From positions 18,352,001 to 18,416,000 of the forward strand of contig CM069159.1 of assembly GCA_035221665.1 (NCBI GenBank): a DNA stretch of 64,000 nt, read 5' to 3'. This DNA is from Okamejei kenojei (lineage: Eukaryota). Positions 12,740-24,869 of this stretch are shown here, in pieces. The position numbers and the translations under genes are program-made. The notes below the pieces were generated by a model. That model saw nothing but the letters and a program-made list of their open reading frames with translations. It had not been told where the DNA came from and searched no databases. The first letter of the stretch is position 1, and the number at the start of each line of letters is the position of its first letter.

Positions 12740-12963
12740 AGCATTGGGGATTGTTGGAATGCAATCATGGACAACAAAGCAACATGATGGAAGAGATGGA
12801 GCCAAAGTGGTAATCTTGATTCACATACAAACACAAGGGTGCAAGGGGTTGTGGGGAGAAGGCAGAAGCATGGCGTTAAGAGGGAGAGATGGATCAGACA
12901 TGAATGAATGGCAGAGTAGACTTGATAGACCAAATGGTCTCATTCTGCTCTTAGAACTTATGA
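12740..12963 (+). mobile_element. CR1/HER1 LINE 3' end, older copy
   Basis: aaggggttgtggggagaaggcag...gaatggcagagtagacttgatagaccaaatggtctcattctgctc 3' UTR. Confidence 0.75.
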
Positions 12964-13648
12964 ATAAGCAACGAGAGAAGAAATACTATAAAAGAACATT
13001 GCAATTCAGTGGAATTGAACTGAAAAAAAAGAATGGAAACATTCACTATACAAATGATTACGGATAATCAAATGTGCCCTAGGAGTTTTGCATCCTGTTT
13101 CTTTCCCCATATTCATCCAAATTGTTCTACAACTGGAGTATTTACAAATGCATGCTAATTTCCATTTGATGAATATGTCCATTTTACTGCATTGTAAGCT
13201 GTATTTTAGACAATGGCAACATAACCAAACACCAGGGAATCAATAAAACTAAAATAACGCCCCTTATCAGAGAATTCTGCTTTATGTATACCAAATATAT
13301 TACATTTTAATATGAATCATATTGCTTTTCAATTCTGCATGGAAATCATTATGTCATCTACCATCTGTCAGCTGTGAGTGGTATTGTCTTGGCTCCAGGC
13401 TAGCTTGATTAAACAAGCATGAAAATAATTCTGGACCATTTTCCATAATGTGTGCTTGTATCTTATCCTGGAATATACTATTCCAAAATAACGGGTGACA
13501 CTGACATAAACGTTCTTGGAAAAAGATTTGGGCATCAAGTCAAATTCTGGAAATACTTGAATCTTAGTTCATTGTAAGTTGAACATGGTTGTACAGTTCA
13601 CGAGAAAGGAAAAGGAAAATATGGGCAATTTGTACTTTATTATTTTGT

Positions 13649-13741
13649 CTGAAGATGGGTCTCGACCCGAAACGTCACCTATCCTTTCGTTCCATAGATG
13701 CTGCCTCACCCGCTGAGTTTCTCCAGCATACTTGTCTACCT
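13649..13741 (+). mobile_element. PLE-terminus element with intact minimal hammerhead core and 15 bp TSD
   Basis: ctgaagatgggtctcgacccgaaacgtcacc; flanking tttattattttgtct at 13636-13650 and 13742-13756. Confidence 0.85.
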
Positions 13742-13829
13742 TTTATTATTTTGTCTTGTAGGTTTCTAAACCTGTTTGCAATTGTGATATTTTTTTGTTT
13801 ACTTTTTTATCCATTTATTGTTGTTCATA

Positions 13830-16250
13830 TTAATCCATATTTCCTTTGAGAAATATTGGATTCTGTTGTCCCCATTTTTGTGGGTGTTGTACGATTCTTT
13901 GGTCTCAAAATGGTATCCGCAAGGATACTAATGGTTGCGATTGCACTGAGCGCCATATTAGTGAGGACATCGGTCTGCAGAAAAGGCTGGTCGTGATGGA
14001 AGCGAAGAGCACTTTGATAACAATGCTCCATTTTTTAAGCTCTTCACTTGAACCTGACTGTCTCTTAAACTTGGAGATCTGCTTCTTAATTAGCAGGTTC
14101 AGTGTTTGTTTATAAAACAAATACTTCATTCAAAGATCCATGTTTTACTGTACCTTGCTATACCTGCTAGTGCATTTCCCTAGTTTCAGAATTGCTAAGT
14201 AAACATACCCACATTTTGAGATGCATTGTCCTCTCTTCCCATGGATTAACTCTATGCTGAGGAAGATTGGTTTGCTTTATCTGATTTCCAATCCTTGAGC
14301 AATACTTGTTTCCAATAATACCTAATAACCGGTTGCACTTGGCACTTAGTTCAGTGCCTGCTGGAAGGAGTTTATCAGTTGTTGGTGTTTTGTCTCATCC
14401 ATTTATCATTGATGATCAGATCTAAATGTTCTTGTAGCACTTCATTGTTTTGCTACCCAGAAGTTTAATTTGTGCTCAAAGCTATTCACACAATCTCCTT
14501 CAGCACAAAGAATTTATGCATGCAATATATTTTCTATTTCTTGGACATTTGATTATTGTGGTACCGTTCTGAGAGTTTAAAGCCCCCACAGGTATATTTT
14601 GCATCTGTTTGAGTAGATAGTTACAGAACCATCGACTTTCTCACTATTCCATGCCATTCAAATACAGTATTTTAACTTTAATCTTTATTACCATGTATTT
14701 AAATTCATCTAGTTTCACTGTGTTACTCATAGTTTTGTGCTTTGGAATAATGATTTGGTTCCTAACGATCTCAGTAATTGCATTATTCCTTATGTTAGTT
14801 CTCCGTCATGCTTTCCCGCTGGTTTGTATTTACCTTTTATACCTTATGTGCCAGTGTTTTTAGACATTCATTCTTCTTCCTAATATTGTGCCTTCCAGTG
14901 GAGTTCTCTTTGATTGTTTCCCCAGAATCTGTTATTGAGAATTGCAATTGCTATTGACATACTCCCTCAAAGTCTGCCTTATCATCTACGATTGACATCA
15001 AACTCTGCTTTGGTCAAATATTTGCTCTCTGTTAATTAATATTGGTTTTAGCTGCAAGCTTGATTGTGTTTTGTATCCAATTATTCAATGTGATCAATTG
15101 CTTATTATATTGGATAGGATATATATTTTTTTATTCTTCTGTGTCCTCAAGAGATTTTGAAACCTATCAGTGAGAGGTTGACGTCCTTAAAATAATGTTG
15201 GCTTCTTTCATATGCCCTTGGCTTCATTGGTAACCAACCGTTGGTTTTAATAATTAATCTTAGTTGGCCTAATAGTCAATACTAATAACAAGCTATTTTT
15301 TGTTCGCAGTCTGCTTGCCTCTAGAAGATTGTAATTTCAATGTCGATTCTAGAGATGTCAAAGACTATAGGTGAAAGAATGGTACATAGTTAGCGATGCA
15401 GTTAATGATAGATTCTGGTTTCTGATTTCTTGGGACTGGAACTCTTTCAAAGACTAACATAAGGTTTTTGTTGACGTTCTTGGTAGGATTTATCTCTCAA
15501 TCACTTTTGTAGAGAATCCCGGCATTATTTCTATTCTCCTACATGAATTGGCTACCCAGTCTCGAATGACTGGTACCTTGAAAGCATGTCTGGTTATAAG
15601 TGCTTTAAATAGTCCAATGAGAGATAATATAATTTTCCTGCCTTGTAATTCCCTTGATATTCTAAGAAGCTTATTCTTTCTCCTTGAATGTTGATGTAAC
15701 TAATCTACTATTTCACAGTCAGTTTAGTTGGTGGCACCATGAGTGATCTACCAATTTGTTTTTTTGCAGGGATAGATGAAATTAGGAACAAGATAAGATT
15801 GTAAGACTATGTTTCACTCTCTCCACTATTATCGCTGATATAACTTCTGCTCTCTTTTCCTTTCTGAGGTTTTAACATTGATTAGATTCACTCTCTTTCA
15901 CTGGAAGCTTGGAGATGATGCATTTCTTGATTGTTTCAAAGTAAACTATTTATAGTGCATTAAAATGTTCTAAAAATATCTCCAAGCCTTGGTAACATGA
16001 TTTCTGCTTGGAAATAAATTTATTTCATACTTTCCTTAAATGTTGTACTTGATAGACTTTGTCGTCATTCACGTCTCTTGTGGTGAGAACCGAATCATCC
16101 TGATCTGATGCTGACACACTGAAACAAATATACTTTCTCTCCATCACTTAATTTCCTAGCTCCATAATCTTCACCAACAGTTTTCTTGACCTCAGCATCA
16201 TTGCATTTGTGTAACACAAGTAACATTATTTTCTCTCTCATTTGTAATGG
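13830..16250 (-). mobile_element. Highly decayed L1/Tx1-like LINE (APE endonuclease plus RT remnants)
   Basis: One minus frame at about 15661-15380 reads NIKGI...TCFQGTSHSR...NAGILYKSD...CIANYVP (APE motifs N.xG, QETH, G.AIL, NVY.P) with stops; ISILADT near 13930 resembles ISLYADD; A-rich coding strand. Confidence 0.55.
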
Positions 16251-17669
16251 TCTTGTAATTATTTCCCAATAATCTCAATCTAAAATTAATCTTAATTAAA
16301 AATGAATAATTACAATGAATTGCTCATGAAATCTACGCTGGCTCCCAGAATAAACTCTCATTTTCATCTAATCTAATCCTGTTCTCTCGCATACATTAAT
16401 TCTCCAACCGCACACTTACACACGGGATAATGGACTATTGCCCATTATCTCACTAACCAACATTTCTTTCAGATATGGGATGAAATCAGACTCTGGGAGA
16501 AACTCACACAGTCAAACCCAAAACTTAAAAATTCTACCCAGACAGCACCAGAGGTCAGGACCAAAGCTGGATTGCTGGAGCTTTCAGACACCCATTGGGA
16601 ACTAATTATCTTCTCTTTCTGAGAGTCAAGGTCCATGCTGACTTACCTCAATTAACCAAATTATGGATTTAGAATATTTGTTTTATTTATTAAAATCATA
16701 ATCACTGATATGTGATTCTAATTTGACAGTTCACAAAATTTACAATTTACAAATTGTTTTCAACTTTTTCAGTTAATTAATCATTTTATGTCTTCTGAAA
16801 AGAAGGACCCTCATTGATAAACAGAATGCAAAAGTGGTTTCTCCCCAGTAAATTCTGTTGCTTTTCATGATAAAGATTTTTTCATGCAGTTTGCTCGGTG
16901 CTCCGATAGTGTGATGTTTGAAGCAAGCATGTTTTGTATTTTTTCTTGTATTTGTATTCTTCCTCACATTGAACTTATCACATTCATGATGTGCACAGTA
17001 GACTTAGAATTAATGCCGACACTGATATAGGTTGGTGAAAATCTTGCTAATTTTTTTCATTGCACTACTCCAATGAAAGGGTGAGTTGCTGCAAGTAATT
17101 AATTCAAGGAGGAATTAAAACAAGACTTCCATTAAAATTTAAAGCAGAATGTTAACAGAAGATGATTTCTAATTCACTACCAGCTAAAGTGATTTTGCAT
17201 CCCACTGTATTCAATGCACACAGATTAAAATTAGGTTATTTTACTCCTGCAGCAAAGGCACAGTTTCAGCCCTAAATATCTAATGCACTGTTATATTTAA
17301 TACATGATTAGATGGCTAGGATATTTACTTTGGAATTCAGGTAGTGAAGAGTTTGGCAGTGACAGATACAAGAAAGTGCCAGAGCAGAGTGTTGGAAAGA
17401 GTTCTTGTTAATATGGGACTGATAAGAGCAAGAAATGGGGCAGATTGGGAAGCAATTTCCTGCGGGTAATCACAGTGAGATGGGGTTATTATTGGAACTG
17501 CCTCCAGTGCAAAAGCATCTGCTCACAAGACTTTTCCAACTGACTACATGCAGCAGTTCTCAACACTTGCACAGTCAAAGTGAAGCATGTTTGGGAAAAA
17601 AATGCAAAACTAACTAAAATATTTCCCTGAAAATATATAATTGCAGAATAACCATTAAATTCTTTGAGC

Positions 17670-17860
17670 TTGATCTTACTTTATTTCTGTTCATTGTCAC
17701 GTGTGCCAAGGTGCAGTGAATAGCTTTTTTTGTTGCACACTATCTAGTCACCGGTAAAGACGAGACGTGATTACAATCAAGCCCTCCACAGTGTACTGAT
17801 ACAGGATTAAGGGAATAACGTTTAGTACAAGATAAAGTCCAGTAAATTCTGATTAAAGAT
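17670..17860 (-). mobile_element. Rex1/L2-type LINE 3' UTR fragment
   Basis: tttat...ttgtcacgtgtgccaaggtgcagtgaatagc, reverse of the L2/Rex-type terminal motif also at about 46545. Confidence 0.55.
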
Positions 17861-18032
17861 AGTAGTGGGGTTGTTGTAAACCTATCTTTGGAGATAAATT
17901 TGCTACATTCTGTAAATATTTAAAAAAAAAGAATTAATGAAAAATGAATAGTAAACCTTTTTGAAATTAATATTTAAAAACATTTTTTGCTTAATATTGG
18001 GACAACAATCATCGTCATCTGTATTGTCTCCT

Positions 18033-18266
18033 TTAGTTTAGTTTAGAGATATAGCTTGGAAGCAGGCCCTTCGGTCCACCAAGTCCGCACTGACTGGTGA
18101 TCCCCGCACATTAACACTATCCTACACACACACTCGGGGCAATTTACACTTATACCAAGCCAATTAGCCTACAAACCTGTATGTCTTTGGGCTGTGGGAG
18201 CAAACCGAAGATCTCGGAGAAAACCCACGCAGGTCACGGGGATCCGTGCGGACTGAACTCCGTACA
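18033..18266 (-). mobile_element. HE1-like V-SINE, 5'-truncated
   Basis: ttagtttagtttagagatatagc...ggcccttcggtccacc...gagaaaacccacgcaggtcacggg. Confidence 0.85.
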
Positions 18267-18809
18267 AACTGAATCTCTACTGAATAACCGCCCAACATAT
18301 TTCCAACTGCATATTCAGTGATTTTCTTTTAATGAAGATTTGAAGAAATATTCTGCAATCAATTATTCTTAAAAATGTCTGCTATTTCCTTTTTCATATT
18401 GTGGCTTCGACATGAATAGGTTGAGAATTTCTGAGATATGCTATATATTCACATTACAGTCCTGGAATTTCATTGGAAAGCAATCACCCAGCATGACTGA
18501 ATGCTTGCTGCATAGATGCTGATGGGTGGACCTGTTCTCATCGCTCAGCCTAAAGCTTGGAGACTCATGAGCCTCCAAAGACCACATGACCTTGCCACTG
18601 TGCTCCTGTGAAGCAGGTTTGGCCAGGAACTGGGACTAGACCTGATAGAGTGCAACTGAGGGCCTGCCTGTTGGCAGGTCTTTATGATCTGCTGGAAGCT
18701 CATGCTGTAAGAAACCCTTTTCACTCTGATCATTAAAGACATTTAGAAATGGAAGGAAAATATTTCAATTATTGAATTGGCAGCATTGCAAAAGATAAGA
18801 GTCTGAGAA

Positions 18810-19160
18810 TCATGGAGCCATACAACATGGATACAGACCTTTTAGCCCAAATTGTCCACGTTGTTTAACGGAGCTAATGCCACTTGCTTGTACTTGGCTC
18901 ATATCCCTCCAAACATTTCCCTTCCGTCTTTCTGTTTAAGTGCCTTTTAACTGCTGTAATTTTACCCGCTGCGATCACATCCTCTGTCAGTGTGTTCGAT
19001 GCATGCAACACCATCTGGGTGAAAAAGGAGACAAAGTGCTGGAGCAACCGAGCGGGTCAGGCAGCATCTCTGGAGAACATGAAGATCGGGTCCTTTCTGC
19101 AGAGTACACTCTGGGTGATAAAGTTGTACCTCGGGTCCCTTTTAAAATGTTCCTCTTTGA
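18810..19160 (-). mobile_element. CR1 3' end with a nested PLE arm (about 19025-19085)
   Basis: catacaacatggatacagaccttttagcccaa tail and tgccttttaactgctgtaattttacccgc; insert aaagtgctggagcaaccgagcgggtcaggcagcatctctggag. Confidence 0.65.
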
Positions 19161-21349
19161 CTCGCCCATGTTCTTTACAATGCCCGTCAACGTGATCTGG
19201 TCCTCTGCAATGAGATCTGGACTTCTGCTAATTCCATTCAGCGCACTTGTGCAAGCCAATGTCTGACATGGGCCACATGAGGAGATACATAAGGAATATA
19301 TTGCCTCCTTGCAGGAGATGTAAAGGACACCTGCATCCGCAAATTTCAATCCATCGAGTCTCATGGATTGAGACGATATAGGCTGCATACTGTAGATGAT
19401 ACCGATTAGCCTCTCGCTCTCCCTCAGACCTACCAGAACTCCTAACCCTGCAATGACTGATTTGATACTGCCTCTCCTTCAATTTCATTATGATGGACTA
19501 AGTGGAGGAAACGTCTTTGAAGGGATTAAATGTACAAAGTGAGCGCTCTTGAATAGATGACCTTGGGGCTCATTCTCTAGAATTTAATTGTGAATGCACA
19601 CTGCCTGTTTCATACACGTTTCCCAATGTGGAATCATTGCTAAGCTTTGTTCTTTACCAATCCACATGGGATTGACATGATCATATTCTTTCCAAACTTC
19701 GAGCTATTTATGAATGAAATTTAACAGCAGTTGATGGTGCAGATTTGTTAGATGAGCATAGGTAAATTATGTCAAAAGACTAGTGGCAATATCCCAAATT
19801 TGAACATCTACAGTAAGGTGGCTGCAGGAACTTTGGAAGTTGAACTTCCTTGTGAGAGGGAGTTAAATTAAAGGAAAGAAATACTGGAAATAACCAGCAT
19901 TAATGAAGAGAGAAAAACAATTAATATTTTCACTTTGAGAACCTTTTAATCTCTCAAAGCTACTGCGTGACGTGCTGAGCATTTCCATTGCTTGTTTGAG
20001 ATTTTCAGCATCTGCAGTTGATTTTGTTTGTTTTTTGATGAAAGGAAATGACTTGTCATTTAACGTATGTGAACTATTGATCCTCTTTGACTTGCACTTA
20101 GAGGTGAATTGGTGCCTGCAAGATGGGGGATGCTGCCTACTCTAAATCATCATAGTACTATATGCTAACTATAACCATTTAATTTCCACCTCACAGTACT
20201 TTCATTGTGACTCTATGTTCTGGTGGAGTTGTGAATCTCTCACTCACAACCCTGCTGATCAATTATGCAAATATAATTTACATCAATCCAGATTTTCTCT
20301 ATCATTTCTTGATTTTGTGATTTTAATTTTATATTATATAAACTGGGCACTCTCTTTAATGATTCCCTTGTTGAGTTGTAATGATCCGTTTTGCTGAGTT
20401 TGAATTATTTTAGACATTAATTGCTTGGGTTGTCATTTTAACTACTCATTTAAGAATGACTCAACTACTTTCCTTTTACATGGTGGCATGGCATGGAATT
20501 AGAGAACCCCGTAACATTAGACCTTGGTTTGGTTTAGCTGCATGTCAGGGGTTGCATTTACCCTTCATTTGATCACAGGATAGCAGTTCAATTCTACTTT
20601 TGCTCCTTGCCAGATTTCTCAATGAATCATTTGGTATCAATGGTAAGATGCACTCTATTGCTTTTAATAACACCTTCTTCATCCACATTCAGCTATCGTG
20701 ACGCATATCACAGCCTCTGTTACCACATGGAGAAATGTGATGTTACTTCAGGATCTTGCATGATGGCTTTACACTATCACTTTATTCGAGAGTCTGGAAA
20801 ATTGTGTTCAGTTGTTCTGGCAGATTCTCGACATTTTGGAAGAGGCAGATGGATATTTTTTAAAACATAGCCAAAACATTCCGAACATTGGCCCGTTTTG
20901 AGATTATGAAATTATTGGCTTAAATTTGTACTGAGAAAATTATACGATTTATTACATTGAACTATTTATGCAGTTTTGCCAAAGGCAAAACTTAAAACAA
21001 TCAGTGTGAGTGCTTCAGGGAAGGTTAACTAAATATTTGAAGCAATGCACTGATGGGACAGTGTAGGATTTGATTTTTTTGCTTCACTTAAAAATTGCCA
21101 TGTGCACAATTTTCTCGTGTTGATTTTTTTAATTCAGGATATTTATGGGATTTACATTTAATTTTTTTTTACAAGAAAAGAAAATCTTGCTTTCGGCAAG
21201 ATTATTAAAAATGTCGTGAGAGAGGTATTTTAAGGAACAATTAACATTCATTCTTGAAGTCTTTCTCGTGATCATTGAAACAGTTCTCAGATTTCAAATA
21301 GCTCTGCTCTTAGTGATTCTGATCATTAAACCAGTCTTTGCAGGTATTT

Positions 21350-21720
21350 GCTTGACTGTAAAGGGATTCGTAAAGACAATGATATAAGGTCCCAGTGGGA
21401 ACATGGGAGCAGTGTGATTATGGTGAAATTGTATACAACACTTGTTAAGCCACAAATTGTGTATTATGTACAGTTCAGGTCAACACATCGCTGGAAGGAT
21501 GTGTCGTGGCAGAATTGATTTAGGTATAAATTGTTTCATTGGAGAAAGGGTGTTGATGAGATTTATGAGCACATTGCCATTACTGAGAATGTGTAGCTAT
21601 GAGGATATATTTGATAGGTTAGGGAACAGAGGAGGCTGAGAGGAAACTTAATTAGGGTATATAAAATGATTAGGAGTCTCAGAGAGTAGATCTGAAGGAG
21701 CTATTTACCTATCGGCGTGA
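21350..21720 (+). mobile_element. Decayed CR1 RT C-terminal fragment
   Basis: ttgtatacaacacttgttaagccacaa...tatgtacagttc reads LYTTLVKPQ..YYVQF (CR1 LY..LVRP.LEY.VQFW motif); ggaggctgagaggaaacttaatt reads RLRGNLI. Confidence 0.65.
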
Positions 21721-21813
21721 TATAATAGTCTCTTTGTACCTGAATGTGAGCAGCAGCAACTACAACTGCTTGAGCTCAACACCATTCAAGAGACAGCAGT
21801 ACAGTAGTTACTT

Positions 21814-22113
21814 TACTGTAGAGATACAGTATGGAAACAGGCCTTACAGCCCGCCAACTATGCAACGACCAGCAATCATCCCTACACTAACACAATCCTA
21901 CACACTAGGGACAATTTCACAATTTTTACCTAAGCAAATTAACCTGCACACCTGTGTTTTGGAGTGTGGGAGGAAACGGGAGCACCTGGCGAAAACCCAC
22001 ACAGTCAAAGAGAGAACATAAAAAAACTCCATGCAGACAGCACCTGTAGTCAGGATCGAGCCCGGGTATCTAGCTCTGTAAGGCAGCAACTCTATCACTG
22101 CACCACTGTGTCA
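21814..22113 (-). mobile_element. HE1-like V-SINE
   Basis: agagatacagtatggaaacaggcc...caggatcgagcccgggtatc...aggcagcaactctatcactgcaccactgtg. Confidence 0.88.
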
Positions 22114-22217
22114 CCCAACTATTGCATTTACTCACTCTGAAAAATCAAGCAGCTCCTCCTAGATCTATAAGCACCATCAGCAAGAAGAGCAATGGCATAG
22201 GGAGCATTATCTACTGC

Positions 22218-22366
22218 AGATAGACACAAAAAGCTGGAGTAACTCAGTGGGATAGGGAGCATCTCTGGACAGAATGAATGGGTGGCATTTTGGGTCTCGA
22301 GACCTGGGACATCACCCATCTCAGCAGAGATGCTGCTTGTCCTGCTGAGTTACTCCAGCTTTTTGT
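22218..22366. mobile_element. Palindromic PLE-terminus element, internally deleted
   Basis: agatagacacaaaaagctggagtaactcag mirrored by ctgagttactccagctttttgtg. Confidence 0.8.
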
Positions 22367-22622
22367 GAAAGGAGATGAGGAGAAATTTCCTTAGCCAAAG
22401 GGTAGTGAATCAATGGAATTCATTGCCATACAAAATAGTGGAGGCCAAATCTTTGGGTATTTTTAAAGCAGAGATTGATAGGTTCTTGATTAGTAATGGC
22501 GTCAAAGTTACAGGGAGAAGGCAGAAGAATGGGGTTCAGAAGGAAAGATAGATCAGCTATGTCTGAATGTCAGAGCAGATGCAATGTCACAAGCCTTAAT
22601 TCTGCTCCTTATGAACTTATGA
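22367..22622 (+). mobile_element. CR1/HER1 LINE 3' end
   Basis: gatgaggagaaatttccttagccaaagggtagtgaatcaatggaattcattgcc (RRNF.SQRVVN.WNSLP) and 3' UTR. Confidence 0.85.
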
Positions 22623-22879
22623 GCCATTCAGGTTTGGAAATACATTGCTAGTTCTTCATGTCACTGGATCTAAATCCTGAATGTACCTGTCCAACAGAAC
22701 TGCACCTTTATCAGAATCACCTCAAGGGGAAAACATTGAGGGATGGACAACAAATGCTGGTCTTAATGGCAATGTTCAAATCCAGAAAATGAATATACAA
22801 AAGTTTGTTCATAATAAAGTGTTTGATTAACTTATTTCTCGCTCAATAACTTAAGCAAGTTTTGAACTTGGTTCTGGGA

Positions 22880-23640
22880 ATTGACTCAGATTAGGCAGAG
22901 CAAGTATCAGTGGGAAAACAATGGAGACACACACAATAGAAAGATCATAAGGTTCAGAATGGAGAATAGTATAAACAACTCCATGGTAAATGTAGTCAGT
23001 TGGAGAAGAGCCAGTGTCTCTGAGATTAGAATAGATCTGGCCTGGGTGGAATGGAATCAAAGATTGACAGCAAAATTGCAGTTGAATCGTAAGTGGCCTT
23101 TTAGATGAAGAAGGGTCTCGGCCCGAAACGTTGCCTATTTCCTTCGCTCCATAGATGCTGCCTCACCCGCTGAGTTTCTCCAGCTATTTTTGACTACCTT
23201 CGATTTTACAGCATCTGAAGTTGCTACTTGAGCCTTTTAGATGACGATGTTTCAGCTGATGTCTTGGTACATTTTCACAAGGAGGAAGATCAGGGAGAAC
23301 TAATCCTCCCAAGATGGTGTAAAGGTTGAGAGTAAAATGGAGCATTTAAGAAAAATAGGCAAGGTAGTACAAGTAAGAAGCAGAATTATAATAGAAATCT
23401 CTGAAGATAATTGTGCAAGGTGAAAACTTAAGTGGTTGGCAGCAAACATAAAAATAGTCTGTTAATCTGTAGATATGTGAAAATAAATAATATTTAAATA
23501 ATTTAAGATATTTAATTTAACATTTTAATTAATTTAAGACGTGTGGCTTATCAGTGAACATAAAGGAAATTCACTCATGGAAGCAGAGGATATGACACTG
23601 GTATGAAGTGCATTGCTTTAGTCTTCATTGCTATCAGAGA
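22880..23640 (+). mobile_element. Old CR1 ORF2 interior fragments, interrupted by a PLE element
   Basis: ORF 22881-23108 ..KIIRFRME...SWRRASVSEIRIDLAWVEWNQRL resembles the CR1 post-endonuclease linker. Confidence 0.5.
23105..23231 (+). mobile_element. PLE-terminus element with 13 bp TSD
   Basis: tgaagaagggtctcggcccgaaacgttgcc...gatgctgcctcacccgctgag; gccttttagatga at 23096-23108 and 23232-23244. Confidence 0.85.
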
Positions 23641-23653
23641 CGCAGCAGAAGAA

Positions 23654-23876
23654 ATGTGTAAGAAGGAACTGCAGATGCTGGTTTAGACCAAAGATAGACA
23701 CAAAAAGCTGGAGGAACTCAGCGGGACAGGCAGCATCTCTGGAGAGAACGAGTGAGTGATGTTTCGATTCGAGACCCTTCTTCAGACCCATACATCTCGA
23801 CCCGAAACATCACCCATTCCTTCTCTCCAGAGATGCTGCCTGTCCCGCTGAGTTACTCTACCTTTGTGTGTCCACC
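23654..23876. mobile_element. Palindromic PLE-terminus element with 11 bp TSD
   Basis: Inverted arms meeting at cttcttcagac/tctcgacccgaaac; cagcagaagaa at 23643-23653 and 23877-23887. Confidence 0.9.
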
Positions 23877-24159
23877 CAGCAGAAGAAGATGGTGACAGAG
23901 TCAAGAACCAGGGGGGAGACTTGAGCATGACTGGCAAAAGAACCAAAAGGCAAAACACAGCAAAGCTTCTTAAATCAGCAAATACTGGCAGTGTACTAGG
24001 ACTATCAGGAATGGTCGTGGAAGCTACTTAATTGTAGCAATCTGGAGTGGGATTGGTACTGTATCTTAAAGTGAGGGATTGCAGGAGTCTAGTGAGAAAG
24101 GGGGGAGTACAGATCATCTCATAATTGAGATGCATTATACCAGGATGCATATGTTTGGG

Positions 24160-24572
24160 CAGTGGGCATGTGTTATAGACCTGCATGGGAAGGTAGACGC
24201 TCCCGCCCCCACGAGTCTCGGCAGACAGTGCTTGTCAGCCTGGGAAGGCAGTCCATCTCGGAGAGGGAAAACTCTGATTTAACACCTCCACTGCACTTGT
24301 GGCCATATCCAGTCATGGAAAAGGCTCCTGGACTAAACCTCAAGAAAATCTGGAGTTGGGGGCCCCTAAGGCAGTTTGTCGTTGTCTACAACCTCGCTCT
24401 GGCAGCTCCTGTGACGGCGCTGGTGCCAAACTGTAATGGCCCTGCTGTTCCTTTGGATCGATCAGCGACGTGGAGAGGGGGGACGTGCTGCATGGGCAAC
24501 AGCCTGTCCTCCATATGACACCTGCAAACTAGAATGCATCACCCATGGTCAGTCTTGTCCGAGGGAGGCACA
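24160..24572 (+). mobile_element. Non-autonomous RTE/Vingi-type short retroelement (tentative)
   Basis: GC-rich ~410 bp block (gggaaggcagtccatctcggagagggaaaactctgatt...cagcgacgtggagagggggg) inserted in CR1 remnants; resembles UTR-derived bipartite LINE derivatives as recalled, not searched. Confidence 0.45.
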
Positions 24573-24869
24573 CTATCTGTTTATTTTGAGGAGAAATGGT
24601 TAGCAAGAATCTGAGTGATTTGCTTGCATCTGAAGGATGGTTGCAGTTAGAATAGACAGATTGAGGTGGTGGTGGAGGCAGGTATTGTCATAATACTTAA
24701 GAACTATCTGAATTAGCATTGGATTCACTAGGGCATGGAAAGCGAGGTCCAATGCTGGCAAATAGGATTAGGATGGTTGACCACTTACAGGTGGGCTGAA
24801 AGGCCTGTTTCTGTGCTGTATGAGAACATTATACTTTAACAATATACACAAGCATTCTGTAACAATTTC

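Noticed and set aside
15480-15700. Endogenous RNA-virus polymerase (frame reading FKVPVIRDWVANSCRR)
   Set aside because: A different frame of the same DNA shows ordered APE endonuclease motifs, favouring a LINE origin.
19190-19500. Possible exon or Harbinger transposase remnant
   Set aside because: No convincing splice pair or catalytic motif could be read in any frame.
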